A stretch of DNA of 32,885 bases from a candidate division WOR-3 bacterium (lineage in GTDB: Bacteria > Hydrothermota > Hydrothermia > Hydrothermales > Hydrothermaceae): positions 1 to 32,885 of the forward strand of contig JBDRZD010000014.1 of the NCBI GenBank assembly GCA_039803745.1. The letters run 5' to 3'. A program made the position numbers and the translations under genes. The notes beneath the pieces are model-generated. The model made no database searches and was not told where the DNA came from. It saw only the letters and a program-made list of their open reading frames with translations. Below, in pieces: positions 11,474-20,642 of this stretch. The number at the start of each line of letters is the position of its first letter. Positions within the stretch are counted from its first letter, which is position 1.

Positions 11474-13095
11474 GTTGCCTCCTTTTCAAATTTAATTTTA
11501 ACCCTTTGTAAAATTTCCTCAATTTCTTCATCCTTTAGTTTTTCTTCTTTTTTTGAAAATATTATCAAATATAATGGTATGCCAAATTCCTCAAATTTAT
11601 GTATATAATTTTCTTCTTCTGGAATGTATTCAATAAAACTTTCAAAAAATTTGTCTGCCCCCCTTCCTGCAATACAAAGGAGAAAAGATTTCTCTAAATG
11701 TTTTTTATTAACTATAAAATTGCTGCCCTGGGATATTGAAATTTTTAAGGTATCCCACATAAATTTTAAAGAATTTGCTATTTCTTGTGGAGAGGTAGAA
11801 GTCCTGTAAAATTCATCAAGATTATAAAAAAATCTTTTAATATTGTTAACCCCCATGTCAGTTGAGGATAATATTTTCATTATTTCGCTTAAATTTCTAA
11901 TCTCTATATGTCTCATACCTTCGTCAAAATCCCTATATTCACCAAGAACATCTTTAAAGATTTCCCTTATTTCTTTATATATTTCCTCATAAAAAGATAC
12001 ATTTTTTCTTGAAATTCTTAAATCAACTATATTTGCTTCCAAACCGTTACTCTTTGTCGGTGGTTTTATTGAAAGTACCGAAATGTTTTCGCTTTTTTCA
12101 ATAAAATATAAAAGTTTTTTGATATAATGTTCTTTACCTTCCTTTACTATGAAAATGACTTTTACATAAAAATATTCTCTTGTTGTTCCTGATAATAAAA
12201 AATATACATGCGGTAAAGAAGTCCTTTTTGTTTCTTCAAAAAGACGGGGTAAAATAGCCCTTCCTATCATTTCGGGGCTAATTCTTACCTTTTCAAGGGC
12301 AGGGGCTCCAAATTTTTTAAGATTTGTTTTAATATAATTTTCTATAAACACATGCTTATCAGGGGGTATGAACCTTTCATTTTCATCAGTGATTTCAAGC
12401 CTTATGATTGTGACTCCTTCAGGAGTTGTAAATTGTTTATCAAATTTCCTTTTAAAATTAGGTAATATTTCTCTTAAAATATCAAGAAGAAAATCAAGAT
12501 AAAGAAACCTATCCCACCATGCCACTGTTATACAGGTTAATTCTTCTCTTATTGTTTTTAAATTTTCTATTTTTATCATTATATCATTTTTTTCTTTAAC
12601 TTCTTTCTGAAATTCATAATTTATTAATATCTGTCTTGCTAAATCTTTGGCTCCCCTTTCATCAATATAAGACCAGGAACGGGATGAAAAGAAATATTCA
12701 GCTTCTTTTAAAATCTTCTCCTTCTCTTCTGCGCTTTTACCTTTTATTTCTTGAAAAATAATATTTAATGTTTCTTTGAATTTTTCAATTTTAACGATTC
12801 CACTTCTTAAAATATTTATCATTCCGGGATCATACTCAAGTATCATTTCTATTTTATTCTTCATATCATCCATTTGATCAAGAAATTTCTCCCTTTCTTC
12901 CTCATTTTTAAATTCTATTTTTATTAATAAACTTGCAAGATCTTCATCAAGTACCTCTCCTCTTAAGAATTTTATGTTAAATCCTCTTCTATGAATCACT
13001 CCTGCGACCACATCTACAAGCCCAGCCCAATCTTTTGTGATAATCTCTATTTCACATTCATTTTCTTTGATTCTTATATCCAATTTACTTCTCAT
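11470..13095 (-). CDS. Hypothetical multi-ACT-domain protein
   Basis: N-terminal ACT signature IEIITKDWAGLVDVVAGVIHRRGFNI; further ACT-like segments and repeated FF...Y....IA helices; overlaps both neighbours. Confidence 0.6.
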   Translation of the reverse strand: MRSKLDIRIKENECEIEIITKDWAGLVDVVAGVIHRRGFNIKFLRGEVLDEDLASLLIKIEFKNEEEREKFLDQMDDMKNKIEMILEYDPGMINILRSGIVKIEKFKETLNIIFQEIKGKSAEEKEKILKEAEYFFSSRSWSYIDERGAKDLARQILINYEFQKEVKEKNDIMIKIENLKTIREELTCITVAWWDRFLYLDFLLDILREILPNFKRKFDKQFTTPEGVTIIRLEITDENERFIPPDKHVFIENYIKTNLKKFGAPALEKVRISPEMIGRAILPRLFEETKRTSLPHVYFLLSGTTREYFYVKVIFIVKEGKEHYIKKLLYFIEKSENISVLSIKPPTKSNGLEANIVDLRISRKNVSFYEEIYKEIREIFKDVLGEYRDFDEGMRHIEIRNLSEIMKILSSTDMGVNNIKRFFYNLDEFYRTSTSPQEIANSLKFMWDTLKISISQGSNFIVNKKHLEKSFLLCIAGRGADKFFESFIEYIPEEENYIHKFEEFGIPLYLIIFSKKEEKLKDEEIEEILQRVKIKFEKEAT

Positions 13096-14912
13096 TCCAC
13101 TGTTACACTTTTTGCTAAATTTCTTGGTTTATCAACATCGCATCCCCTTAAAAGGGCAACATGGTAGGCAAATAACTGGAGTGGGATTATATTTAAAATC
13201 GGTTCAAGTATGGTAATTGTTTTTGGAATAATTATAAAAGAATCAGCGATTCTTTTTATCTCATTGGCTGGACTATTTGTTATTGCAATTATTTTTGCAT
13301 CCCTTGCCTTTACTTCCATAATATTTGAAAACATTTTATGATAAAGATAGTTTCTTGGAACAATTGCAATCACAGGCCAGTTTGAATCTATTAAGGCAAT
13401 AGGTCCATGTTTCATCTCACCTGCTGCATAACCGGTGGCATGAATATAAGAAATTTCTTTTAGTTTTAAAGCACCTTCAAGAGCAGTTATATAATTTAAT
13501 CCCCTTCCTAAGAATATTGCATTGTTATATCCATAATATTTTTTTGCAATTTCAGCAATTTCTTCTTCTTTACCAAGTATATAACGGATCTTGTCTGGTA
13601 ATTTTTCAATCTCTTTTAAAATTTCCTTTATCGTATTCTTTTTAATTAATCCTCTTTTATAAGAAGTAATGAGGCATATAAGGAGGAGATAGAGAAGTTG
13701 AGCAGTATAGGCTTTTGTTGATGCAACCCCTATTTCAGGTCCTGCATTTATATAAATTGTATAATTTGACTCCCTATCTATTGTGCTTCCTTTGACATTT
13801 ACAAGTGATAGTATTGGAATCCTTTTACTTTTTGCGAGTCTTATTCCTTCAAGTGTATCCGCAGTCTCACCGGATTGAGAAACCCCGATCATCAAAGAAT
13901 CTTTAAAAAGAAGAGATTCTCTGTATCTCAGCTCAGAGGATAATTCACTTTCAGTAAAAATTTTTAAATATTTTTCAAATATATATTTTCCATAAAGAGT
14001 AGCATGATAACTTGTCCCTGCCGCTTGAAAAATTATATGTTTTTTGTTTTCAAAAAATTTTAAGAACTCATTCCCCTGAATCTCTATTTCTCCATTTTTT
14101 ATGACTCTTTTGAGATTTTCTTCGATTACCTTGGGTTGTTCATGGATTTCTTTAAGCATAAAATGTGCATATCCGCCTTTTTCTATCATATCCTCTTCCC
14201 ATTCTATGTATTTTATCCTTTTTTTCTTTTCTTTTCCTGAAAAATCATATATCTTTACATTGTCCATCTCCATTATTACTATCTCTTCTTCATTTAAGGT
14301 AATCACTCTTCTTGTATGGGATAAGATTGCAGGGATATCAGAAGCAAGTATATTTTCTTCTTCACCCAATCCAACTATAAGAGGTGAGCCCTTTCTTATT
14401 CCTATTATTTTGTCCGGATGAAATGTTGAGATAATCGCAATAGCAAATGAACCTTTCAATTTTTTCACTACTTTTAAAATTGTTTTTAAAATATTACCAT
14501 CGTAATTTTCTTCTAACAAATGAGGAATCACTTCGGTATCGGTTTCTGATAAAAATTTATGTCCCTTTTTAATTAATTCTTTTTTTATTCTTTCAAAATT
14601 TTCAATGACTCCATTATGAACCACTGCAAAATTTTTCTTGCAGTCCAGGTGAGGATGTGCGTTCACATCATTTGGTTTTCCATGGGTTGCCCATCTTGTA
14701 TGCCCTATACCTATTTTTGCTTTAAGAGGTGTCCCATTTAAAGACTTTGCAAGCTCCCATATTCTTCCTTTTTGTTTTTTAACAAATATCCCATTTTCAG
14801 TTAAAATAGCTATTCCCACAGAATCATAACCTCTATATTCTAATTTTTCAAGTCCAACAAGCAAAACACTATCTACATTTTTATTTCCAATATAACCTAT
14901 TATTCCGCACAT
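13092..14912 (-). CDS. glmS: Glutamine--fructose-6-phosphate aminotransferase (isomerizing)
   Basis: MCGIIG, EYRGYDS, GHTRWATHG, SQSGETAD, VASTKA, LKLKEISY, DKPRNLAKSVTVE. Confidence 0.98.
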   Translation of the reverse strand: MCGIIGYIGNKNVDSVLLVGLEKLEYRGYDSVGIAILTENGIFVKKQKGRIWELAKSLNGTPLKAKIGIGHTRWATHGKPNDVNAHPHLDCKKNFAVVHNGVIENFERIKKELIKKGHKFLSETDTEVIPHLLEENYDGNILKTILKVVKKLKGSFAIAIISTFHPDKIIGIRKGSPLIVGLGEEENILASDIPAILSHTRRVITLNEEEIVIMEMDNVKIYDFSGKEKKKRIKYIEWEEDMIEKGGYAHFMLKEIHEQPKVIEENLKRVIKNGEIEIQGNEFLKFFENKKHIIFQAAGTSYHATLYGKYIFEKYLKIFTESELSSELRYRESLLFKDSLMIGVSQSGETADTLEGIRLAKSKRIPILSLVNVKGSTIDRESNYTIYINAGPEIGVASTKAYTAQLLYLLLICLITSYKRGLIKKNTIKEILKEIEKLPDKIRYILGKEEEIAEIAKKYYGYNNAIFLGRGLNYITALEGALKLKEISYIHATGYAAGEMKHGPIALIDSNWPVIAIVPRNYLYHKMFSNIMEVKARDAKIIAITNSPANEIKRIADSFIIIPKTITILEPILNIIPLQLFAYHVALLRGCDVDKPRNLAKSVTVE

Positions 14913-14941
14913 TCACTCTTTTTTTAAATTACTATACACAT

Positions 14942-15403
14942 TTACTCTTCTTGTCTTAGAGAGTATTTTACCTCTATAGGCGTACCATAAGCTGTGATTT
15001 CAACTATCACTTCATTTGAAGTTATAGCTTTTACATAACCTCCTCTTACTTTATCTTTTTCTCTTATAAAATAAGCTCTTCCATCGCTTCCTTCAAATAA
15101 AGCAGCATTGCCTTTGTTTCCCTTTAAAATTCCTACGAGTTTTAGTGTTGAAAGATCCACCTCTTTCTCTTCTCCTTTAAAAGCTGCTCCAACAAGAGGT
15201 TTTAATGGATCAGGTCTTTGGAGTGCTTGATAGGGATATCCTTTTGGCATAAATGTATCCTTTATCGCAATCGTATCTATTTTTATTTCTTCAGGACTTA
15301 TTTGGGGAAGTGGTGTTTTTTCTATTTCTTCCAATTTTTTCTCTTTTTTCCCGCAGCTTAAAATTAATCCTAAACCAAGAGTTATTATAAAAATTTTTTT
15401 CAT
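14942..15403 (-). CDS. pilP: Type IV pilus assembly lipoprotein PilP
   Basis: Lipobox LILSC, RPDPL.P, LKLVGI, A......G..Y; position after pilO. Confidence 0.8.
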   Translation of the reverse strand: MKKIFIITLGLGLILSCGKKEKKLEEIEKTPLPQISPEEIKIDTIAIKDTFMPKGYPYQALQRPDPLKPLVGAAFKGEEKEVDLSTLKLVGILKGNKGNAALFEGSDGRAYFIREKDKVRGGYVKAITSNEVIVEITAYGTPIEVKYSLRQEE

Positions 15404-16002
15404 TTTGCACCTCCAAAAATGTAAATCTTTGCCTGTAAAGAACCTTCAATAGTATATTCTTCTTCTTGTTTTGAAGTGATATTTGTATTCCAGGTAGTTA
15501 TGAGTCTTTGAAGTGTTGAAATTTCTGAAAGAAATTCACATAAACTGTTGAAATTTGATTTTATCTTCAAATCCAATGGGACTTGTTGAATAGAAATCTG
15601 TACTGTTCCTTCCTGTTTTCTTTGCGGGGTTTTTGCAGGTGAAATTGTTTTAGTTATATATTGGGATGGAGCGCCTCTTTTAAGTTCTGCAATTTTTATC
15701 CCTGCCTCCATTGCTCTTTGTGTTATAAGCCTTATTACATCATCTATTTTTTCTTCTGGTGGTAAAAGTCTCTGGGAGAGTTCCCATTTATATTCTAAGG
15801 ATTTAATTTTTCTTTCAAGCATTGGTAAATCCCGAACTGCCTGTCTTGCAGAAGCGAGTTTTGCTTCAAGTTCTTTAAGTTCATCTGTTAGATTCTTTAA
15901 CTCTTTTTGCCATTTTGTATAAAATATGAGGTGATAGATTAAGAAAATTATAAGAGATAAAAGAACACTTAATATTATAAAACGATATTTTGCTATGTTC
16001 AT
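15400..16002 (-). CDS. pilO: Type IV pilus assembly protein PilO
   Basis: N-terminal TM, coiled coil, LP....I..., F..L..FL..I..L.RL; gene order. Confidence 0.85.
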   Translation of the reverse strand: MNIAKYRFIILSVLLSLIIFLIYHLIFYTKWQKELKNLTDELKELEAKLASARQAVRDLPMLERKIKSLEYKWELSQRLLPPEEKIDDVIRLITQRAMEAGIKIAELKRGAPSQYITKTISPAKTPQRKQEGTVQISIQQVPLDLKIKSNFNSLCEFLSEISTLQRLITTWNTNITSKQEEEYTIEGSLQAKIYIFGGAK

Positions 16003-16599
16003 TTATTCCTCCTTTTTAAAGGTTTTAAGCACACCATCAGGATTCACTTTTATTTCTAATTGGAATACAATCACCTCAACTTTTTCTTCTGTTTTTTTAG
16101 AAAATGATTTGAAAGTAACATCTGAGAATATTTCCGATTTCTTGATATTTGTGATAAAATCAGCAATGGAAAGAGCAGAAAAACTTGTTCCTTCAAGGGA
16201 GATTGTCTTTGCTTCAGAATTATGGGTTAGTTTATTTATCCAGGTATAGGGAGGTAATATTCTTGAAATTTCATCAAGAACAATTACTTCCCAAGCAGTG
16301 AAAGGTTTTAACTTTTCAATTTCGGAGATAAGTCCTGTAAGTTCTGCCTCTCTTCTTCTAAGGTATTCAACTCTCTTTACCGCTTCTTCAAGTCTTGCAA
16401 GTTCAAGTTTGACTTTTTCAATCCTTGATTTTGTAAATCCGATTCTTGCCCTTGAAATTGTGCAACTAAAGAATATCCACAAGATAGTGATTACAAAAAT
16501 CAAAACACCGAGGACATCTGCAATTGCAATTGGAGGTAATGTTATCTTTGGTTTTTTAGGGACCCTTTCAACTAATGGCATCAAATTTATTTTAATCAT
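16003..16599 (-). CDS. pilN: Type IV pilus assembly protein PilN
   Basis: INL.P N-terminal motif (IKINLMP), TM, coiled coil, LP..TWI..L, LEG. Confidence 0.88.
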   Translation of the reverse strand: MIKINLMPLVERVPKKPKITLPPIAIADVLGVLIFVITILWIFFSCTISRARIGFTKSRIEKVKLELARLEEAVKRVEYLRRREAELTGLISEIEKLKPFTAWEVIVLDEISRILPPYTWINKLTHNSEAKTISLEGTSFSALSIADFITNIKKSEIFSDVTFKSFSKKTEEKVEVIVFQLEIKVNPDGVLKTFKKEE

Positions 16600-17633
16600 A
16601 TTACACCTCTCATTGAAAGACCTATTGCAAGTGGAAATAAAGAATTATATTTATCAATGTTTCCAAAAGCAAGGAGTTTCTCATCAATATCTATTTTATT
16701 AAATACATTCATTTTTTCAGAAGGTACAGCAGTTTTTTCTTCAATTATTTTTTCTATCTCTGGGACAACACTTCCTCCACCAGAAAGTATAATTCTATCC
16801 GGTTTTTCTTTTAAAGGCAAATATGCAAAACTTTTTACTATTTCACTGCTTACGAGTTCTGAAAAAGAATTACATGTTTCCTTGAATTCGCCTAAACTCT
16901 TTTCTTCTTTCCCGATTATTATTTTTTCTGCTTCTGCAGATGTAACCCCATATCTATCCTGTATTATTCTTATCAAATCCTTCGTACCAAGAGATATGTC
17001 TCTATAAACTATTGGTCCGGTTTTGCCCGTGTAGATTACATGAGTGAAATTTTTCCCTATGTGGATAAGAGCCACAATTTCTTCTTTCATTTTTTCCATA
17101 TAATTTATTTCATAGACATTATGAAGAGCAAGAATGGACATATCAATAATAACTGGGTTTAAGTTTGCTTCCTTTAAAAGCGATATATACTCTGTAAGTA
17201 CATCACTTCTGGCAGCAATTAAAATAGCCTCCATTTCATTTTCACCTGCATTAGGATTTACTATTGCAACATCCAGAGAGACTTCCGAAGGGTCATAAGG
17301 TATGTATTGATCTGCATTCCATTTAATGCTTTCTTTTGCCTCTTCTAACGGCATTTTTTCAATTTTTATCCTTTTCAGTATTACTCCCTTATTTGCTGGT
17401 AAAAAGGTTGAAACATCTCTTGTTTTTGGTTTTTTTTCTTCAAGGAATTCCTGCACGAATTGAATCACAGTTTCCCTATCCATTATTTCTCCTTCCACAA
17501 TTGTATCAGGAGGAAATTCTTTTTCCCATAATTCCTTCACTACCATTGCTTTGCCTCTTCTCTCCACAAGCGCTATTTTTAAACTTGATGTCCCTATATC
17601 TACTCCTAATAGTCCCTTCTTTCCACCAAGCAT
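16596..17633 (-). CDS. pilM: Type IV pilus assembly ATP-binding protein PilM
   Basis: GVDIGTSSLK actin-like motif, IP....EV.LD, HIG, LSGGGS, AIGLSMR; AGGAGG RBS upstream. Confidence 0.93.
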   Translation of the reverse strand: MLGGKKGLLGVDIGTSSLKIALVERRGKAMVVKELWEKEFPPDTIVEGEIMDRETVIQFVQEFLEEKKPKTRDVSTFLPANKGVILKRIKIEKMPLEEAKESIKWNADQYIPYDPSEVSLDVAIVNPNAGENEMEAILIAARSDVLTEYISLLKEANLNPVIIDMSILALHNVYEINYMEKMKEEIVALIHIGKNFTHVIYTGKTGPIVYRDISLGTKDLIRIIQDRYGVTSAEAEKIIIGKEEKSLGEFKETCNSFSELVSSEIVKSFAYLPLKEKPDRIILSGGGSVVPEIEKIIEEKTAVPSEKMNVFNKIDIDEKLLAFGNIDKYNSLFPLAIGLSMRGVI

Positions 17634-17678
17634 ATAAACCTCCTTTAATTTGACTTTTTATATAAATTTTACATTAAA

Positions 17679-17707
17679 ATTATACATAATTTGAAAAAAA
17701 TTGTCAA
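17679..17707 (-). promoter_or_regulatory. sigma70 consensus promoter of the pilM operon
   Basis: Minus strand: TTGACA (17707-17702), 17-nt spacer, TATAAT (17684-17679). Confidence 0.85.
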
Positions 17708-17726
17708 TTAAAAGGGAATTTTTGAA

Positions 17727-18677
17727 ATGTTAAAAATAATATTAATTTTATTAATTTTATGGATAATTGGATACATAATTTATAGATATGGTGTTAAAAT
17801 AATTCTGTCAGAGCGAAAAGGAGAAGTTATAGCGATAAAGAAATTCTCAGTTAACCCGTTAATAATAGGGAGCATTTTAACAGGTTTTATACTTTTGTAT
17901 TTTTTAATAAGTATTAAAAATGTTACAACAGGTTATATTCTACTTAAATTTAATATATTTACTAAAAAATATACATATGCTGACGAAGGAATTCAATTCA
18001 TACCCTTTTTAATTTATAAAACTTATTCTTATGATACAAGAAGGCAAGAGTATACTATGATTTCTGGAAAATTTGATGAAGAAAAAGGTAAAAAAGAGGA
18101 TGCTTTTTTCTCTTATGTAAAAGAAGGTCTTATGGTTGGAGTGGAACTTACTTTATGGTTCAGACTAAATAGAGATAAAATAATAGATATTCATAAATAT
18201 ATCGGTCCTGATTATTTATATAAAGTAATAGAACCAGCATTTAAAGGTGTGGCAAAAAATGTGATTTCTTCTTATTCAATAAAGGAAATTTATTCAGAAA
18301 AAAGAGAAGAAGCCGAGAAAAAAATAGAAGAGAAAATTAAAGAAGTTCTTGAAAAGGACGGTTTTTTAATAGAAAAGGTAATTTTAAAAGATATTAAACT
18401 TCCACCTGATTTTTTAAAAGCAGTAGAGGAAAAGAAGGTCGCAGAAGAAAAAGTTAAAGAAATGGAATATATATTAGAAAAAGAAAAGAAGGAAGCAGAA
18501 AGAAAGAAAATTGAAGCTGAGGGTAAGGCAGAAGCAATAAGAATAATAAGCGAAGAACTTAAGAAAAACCCTCAATATATAAAATACTTGTATGTGGAAA
18601 AACTTGCTGATAATGTTAAAGTTATAATTTCTGATCAGGGAACAATTTTAGATTTAAAAGGAATTTTAGAAAAATGA
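17727..18677 (+). CDS. SPFH / prohibitin (band 7) family membrane protein
   Basis: Two N-terminal TMs; EG..F.P, KEGL.V, Y...EIYS.KR, L.DI.LP.....A.E.K; C-terminal AE..K.EAEG.A coiled coil. Confidence 0.88.
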   Translation: MLKIILILLILWIIGYIIYRYGVKIILSERKGEVIAIKKFSVNPLIIGSILTGFILLYFLISIKNVTTGYILLKFNIFTKKYTYADEGIQFIPFLIYKTYSYDTRRQEYTMISGKFDEEKGKKEDAFFSYVKEGLMVGVELTLWFRLNRDKIIDIHKYIGPDYLYKVIEPAFKGVAKNVISSYSIKEIYSEKREEAEKKIEEKIKEVLEKDGFLIEKVILKDIKLPPDFLKAVEEKKVAEEKVKEMEYILEKEKKEAERKKIEAEGKAEAIRIISEELKKNPQYIKYLYVEKLADNVKVIISDQGTILDLKGILEK

Positions 18678-19348
18678 AAAATGTAATAAAAATTTTTTAT
18701 TCACCAGAGAAAGCTTTTAAAGAAATAAAAGAAAAAAATATAAAGCCTCTTTTACCATTTCTAATCCTCGTTTTCTTTTCTTTAATCATAAATCTTTTAT
18801 ATGCAAACTTCATAATTTATCCAAAGAAAGCAGAACTTTTGCAGATGCAAAATTTACCTCCAGAAGCAATTGAAAGGGCAAGCAAATTTTTATCAAGAGA
18901 ATTTTTAAACATACAGACTCTATTAGGCACCTTTATATTTTTCCCAATTACTATTCTTTTAATCTCTGGGTTTTATCATCTTTTAATTCCAATATTTGGA
19001 GGAGAATCAAAATTTGAGCATGCCTTTATTTATGTTGTCTATTCAAAATTTATAAATGTTTTAGCTCATTACATAAAATTTCCAATTTCCCTCTTTAAAA
19101 AAGGATTGATTGTTCATACCGATCTTGCTGTTTTTTTTCCTTTTTTAAAGAATAAAATTTTTTTATATCTCTTTTTAACTCAATTTGATATATTTACAAT
19201 TTACTCCTTATATGTTATTTCTTGTGGTATGAATATTCTATCCGGTGTGCCTAAAAAGAGGGCTTTATTTATTGTTTATTCTTTATGGCTTTTAGTTTCA
19301 ATAATAATTTCAATATTGGGGATAAAAGGAAGAAGACTTGCTTTTTGA
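18674..19348 (+). CDS. Yip1-family (YknW-like) membrane protein
   Basis: IF.SP...F..IK start, about five TMs, D.F.I........G near the C-terminus; precedes a MacAB-type module. Confidence 0.75.
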   Translation: MKNVIKIFYSPEKAFKEIKEKNIKPLLPFLILVFFSLIINLLYANFIIYPKKAELLQMQNLPPEAIERASKFLSREFLNIQTLLGTFIFFPITILLISGFYHLLIPIFGGESKFEHAFIYVVYSKFINVLAHYIKFPISLFKKGLIVHTDLAVFFPFLKNKIFLYLFLTQFDIFTIYSLYVISCGMNILSGVPKKRALFIVYSLWLLVSIIISILGIKGRRLAF

Positions 19349-19382
19349 AACTTTTTGAATTTTTAAAACGTATTAATAGTGT

Positions 19383-20642
19383 ATGAAAATCTCTGATTTA
19401 TTATACACAAGTTTCCATGGTTTGAAAACTCATAAATTAAGAACAGGTCTTACAACGCTCGGTATTATTATAGGAATTGCCACAGTTATTACGATGGTTG
19501 CAATAATTGAAGGCGTTAATAGATTTGTTTATAATGTTTTTGGAAGTATTGGTTCGGATCTTATATATATTCAGAAATGGAAATGGAGTTTTGTAGTAGG
19601 GAGAAGGGGTAGCGATTTTTGGAAGGAAATAGAAAAAAGAAAGGATCTTGAAATTGAAGATGCAGAGGCTATTAAAAGTTTGAAGAGCATAAAAGGGGTT
19701 GCGGTTACCTATCCTGTACTTAATGTAAATGAGGTTAAATATAAGGATAAAGTTTTAAGTGTAAATGATATAGAAGGTGTTACACCAGAATATCTTTATA
19801 TTTTGAATACCACAATTGTAAAGGGAAGAAATTTTATGGATGCTGATAATGATTTTAGGAGAAAGGTATGTATAATAGGTCATTTTGTTGCAGAAAATCT
19901 ATTTGAAAAGGAGGATGAAATTGATAAAGAAATATTAATAGGGAATCAAAAATTTACAGTAATAGGTGTGACGGAGAAAAAGGGTGAGTTTCTGGGTCAA
20001 AATCTTGATAACATAATAATTATGCCATTAAATACCGCTCTTTTATATTTTAAACCTCCCTCTTTTGGCTGGATGAAGGCTTTTCAAACTTTAAGAATTG
20101 TTGCAAAAATAAAAGAGGGGTATAAAATTGACGATGTTCAGGAAGAAATAAGACTCTTGCTCAGGCAAAGAAGAAATCTATTTTTTAATGCAGAAGAAGA
20201 TTTTGCTTTAAATACGCAGGAGATGCTCCTTTCAGCATACAGAAACTTAACAATGGGGATATTCTTTGCAATGATAGGTATTGCCTCATTAGCACTTATT
20301 GTAGGTGGGATAGGTATAATGAACATAATGCTTGTATCGGTTACAGAAAGGACAAAGGAAATAGGGATAAGGATGGCAATAGGTGCTAAAAGAAGAGATA
20401 TTTTATTTCAATTTTTAGCAGAGTCAATATTTATTACTTTATTTGGCGGAATTCTTGGACTTCTATTAGGGATAGGTTTTGCTAAAATAGTTGATATATT
20501 AACTCCTTTACCCTCTTATATTCCCTTATGGAGTATTTTTGTTGCTGTAGGATTTTCAAGCATTACTGGTCTTTTCTTTGGAATATATCCTGCAACAAGA
20601 GCTTCAAAACTTAATCCGATTGAGGCTTTAAGATATGAATAA
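19383..20642 (+). CDS. MacB/FtsX-family ABC transporter permease
   Basis: KLRT.LT.LGIIIGI, GRNF, VGGIGIMNIMLVSVTERTKEIGIRMAIGA, FFGIYPA.RA.KL.PIEALRYE. Confidence 0.95.
   Translation: MKISDLLYTSFHGLKTHKLRTGLTTLGIIIGIATVITMVAIIEGVNRFVYNVFGSIGSDLIYIQKWKWSFVVGRRGSDFWKEIEKRKDLEIEDAEAIKSLKSIKGVAVTYPVLNVNEVKYKDKVLSVNDIEGVTPEYLYILNTTIVKGRNFMDADNDFRRKVCIIGHFVAENLFEKEDEIDKEILIGNQKFTVIGVTEKKGEFLGQNLDNIIIMPLNTALLYFKPPSFGWMKAFQTLRIVAKIKEGYKIDDVQEEIRLLLRQRRNLFFNAEEDFALNTQEMLLSAYRNLTMGIFFAMIGIASLALIVGGIGIMNIMLVSVTERTKEIGIRMAIGAKRRDILFQFLAESIFITLFGGILGLLLGIGFAKIVDILTPLPSYIPLWSIFVAVGFSSITGLFFGIYPATRASKLNPIEALRYE

Noticed and set aside
14913..14941. glmS ribozyme
   Set aside because: The intergenic gap is only 29 nt of AT-rich sequence.
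14931..14960. Internal promoter for glmS (TATAGT on the minus strand)
   Set aside because: No convincing -35 at 16-18 nt spacing; cannot be supported in AT-rich DNA.
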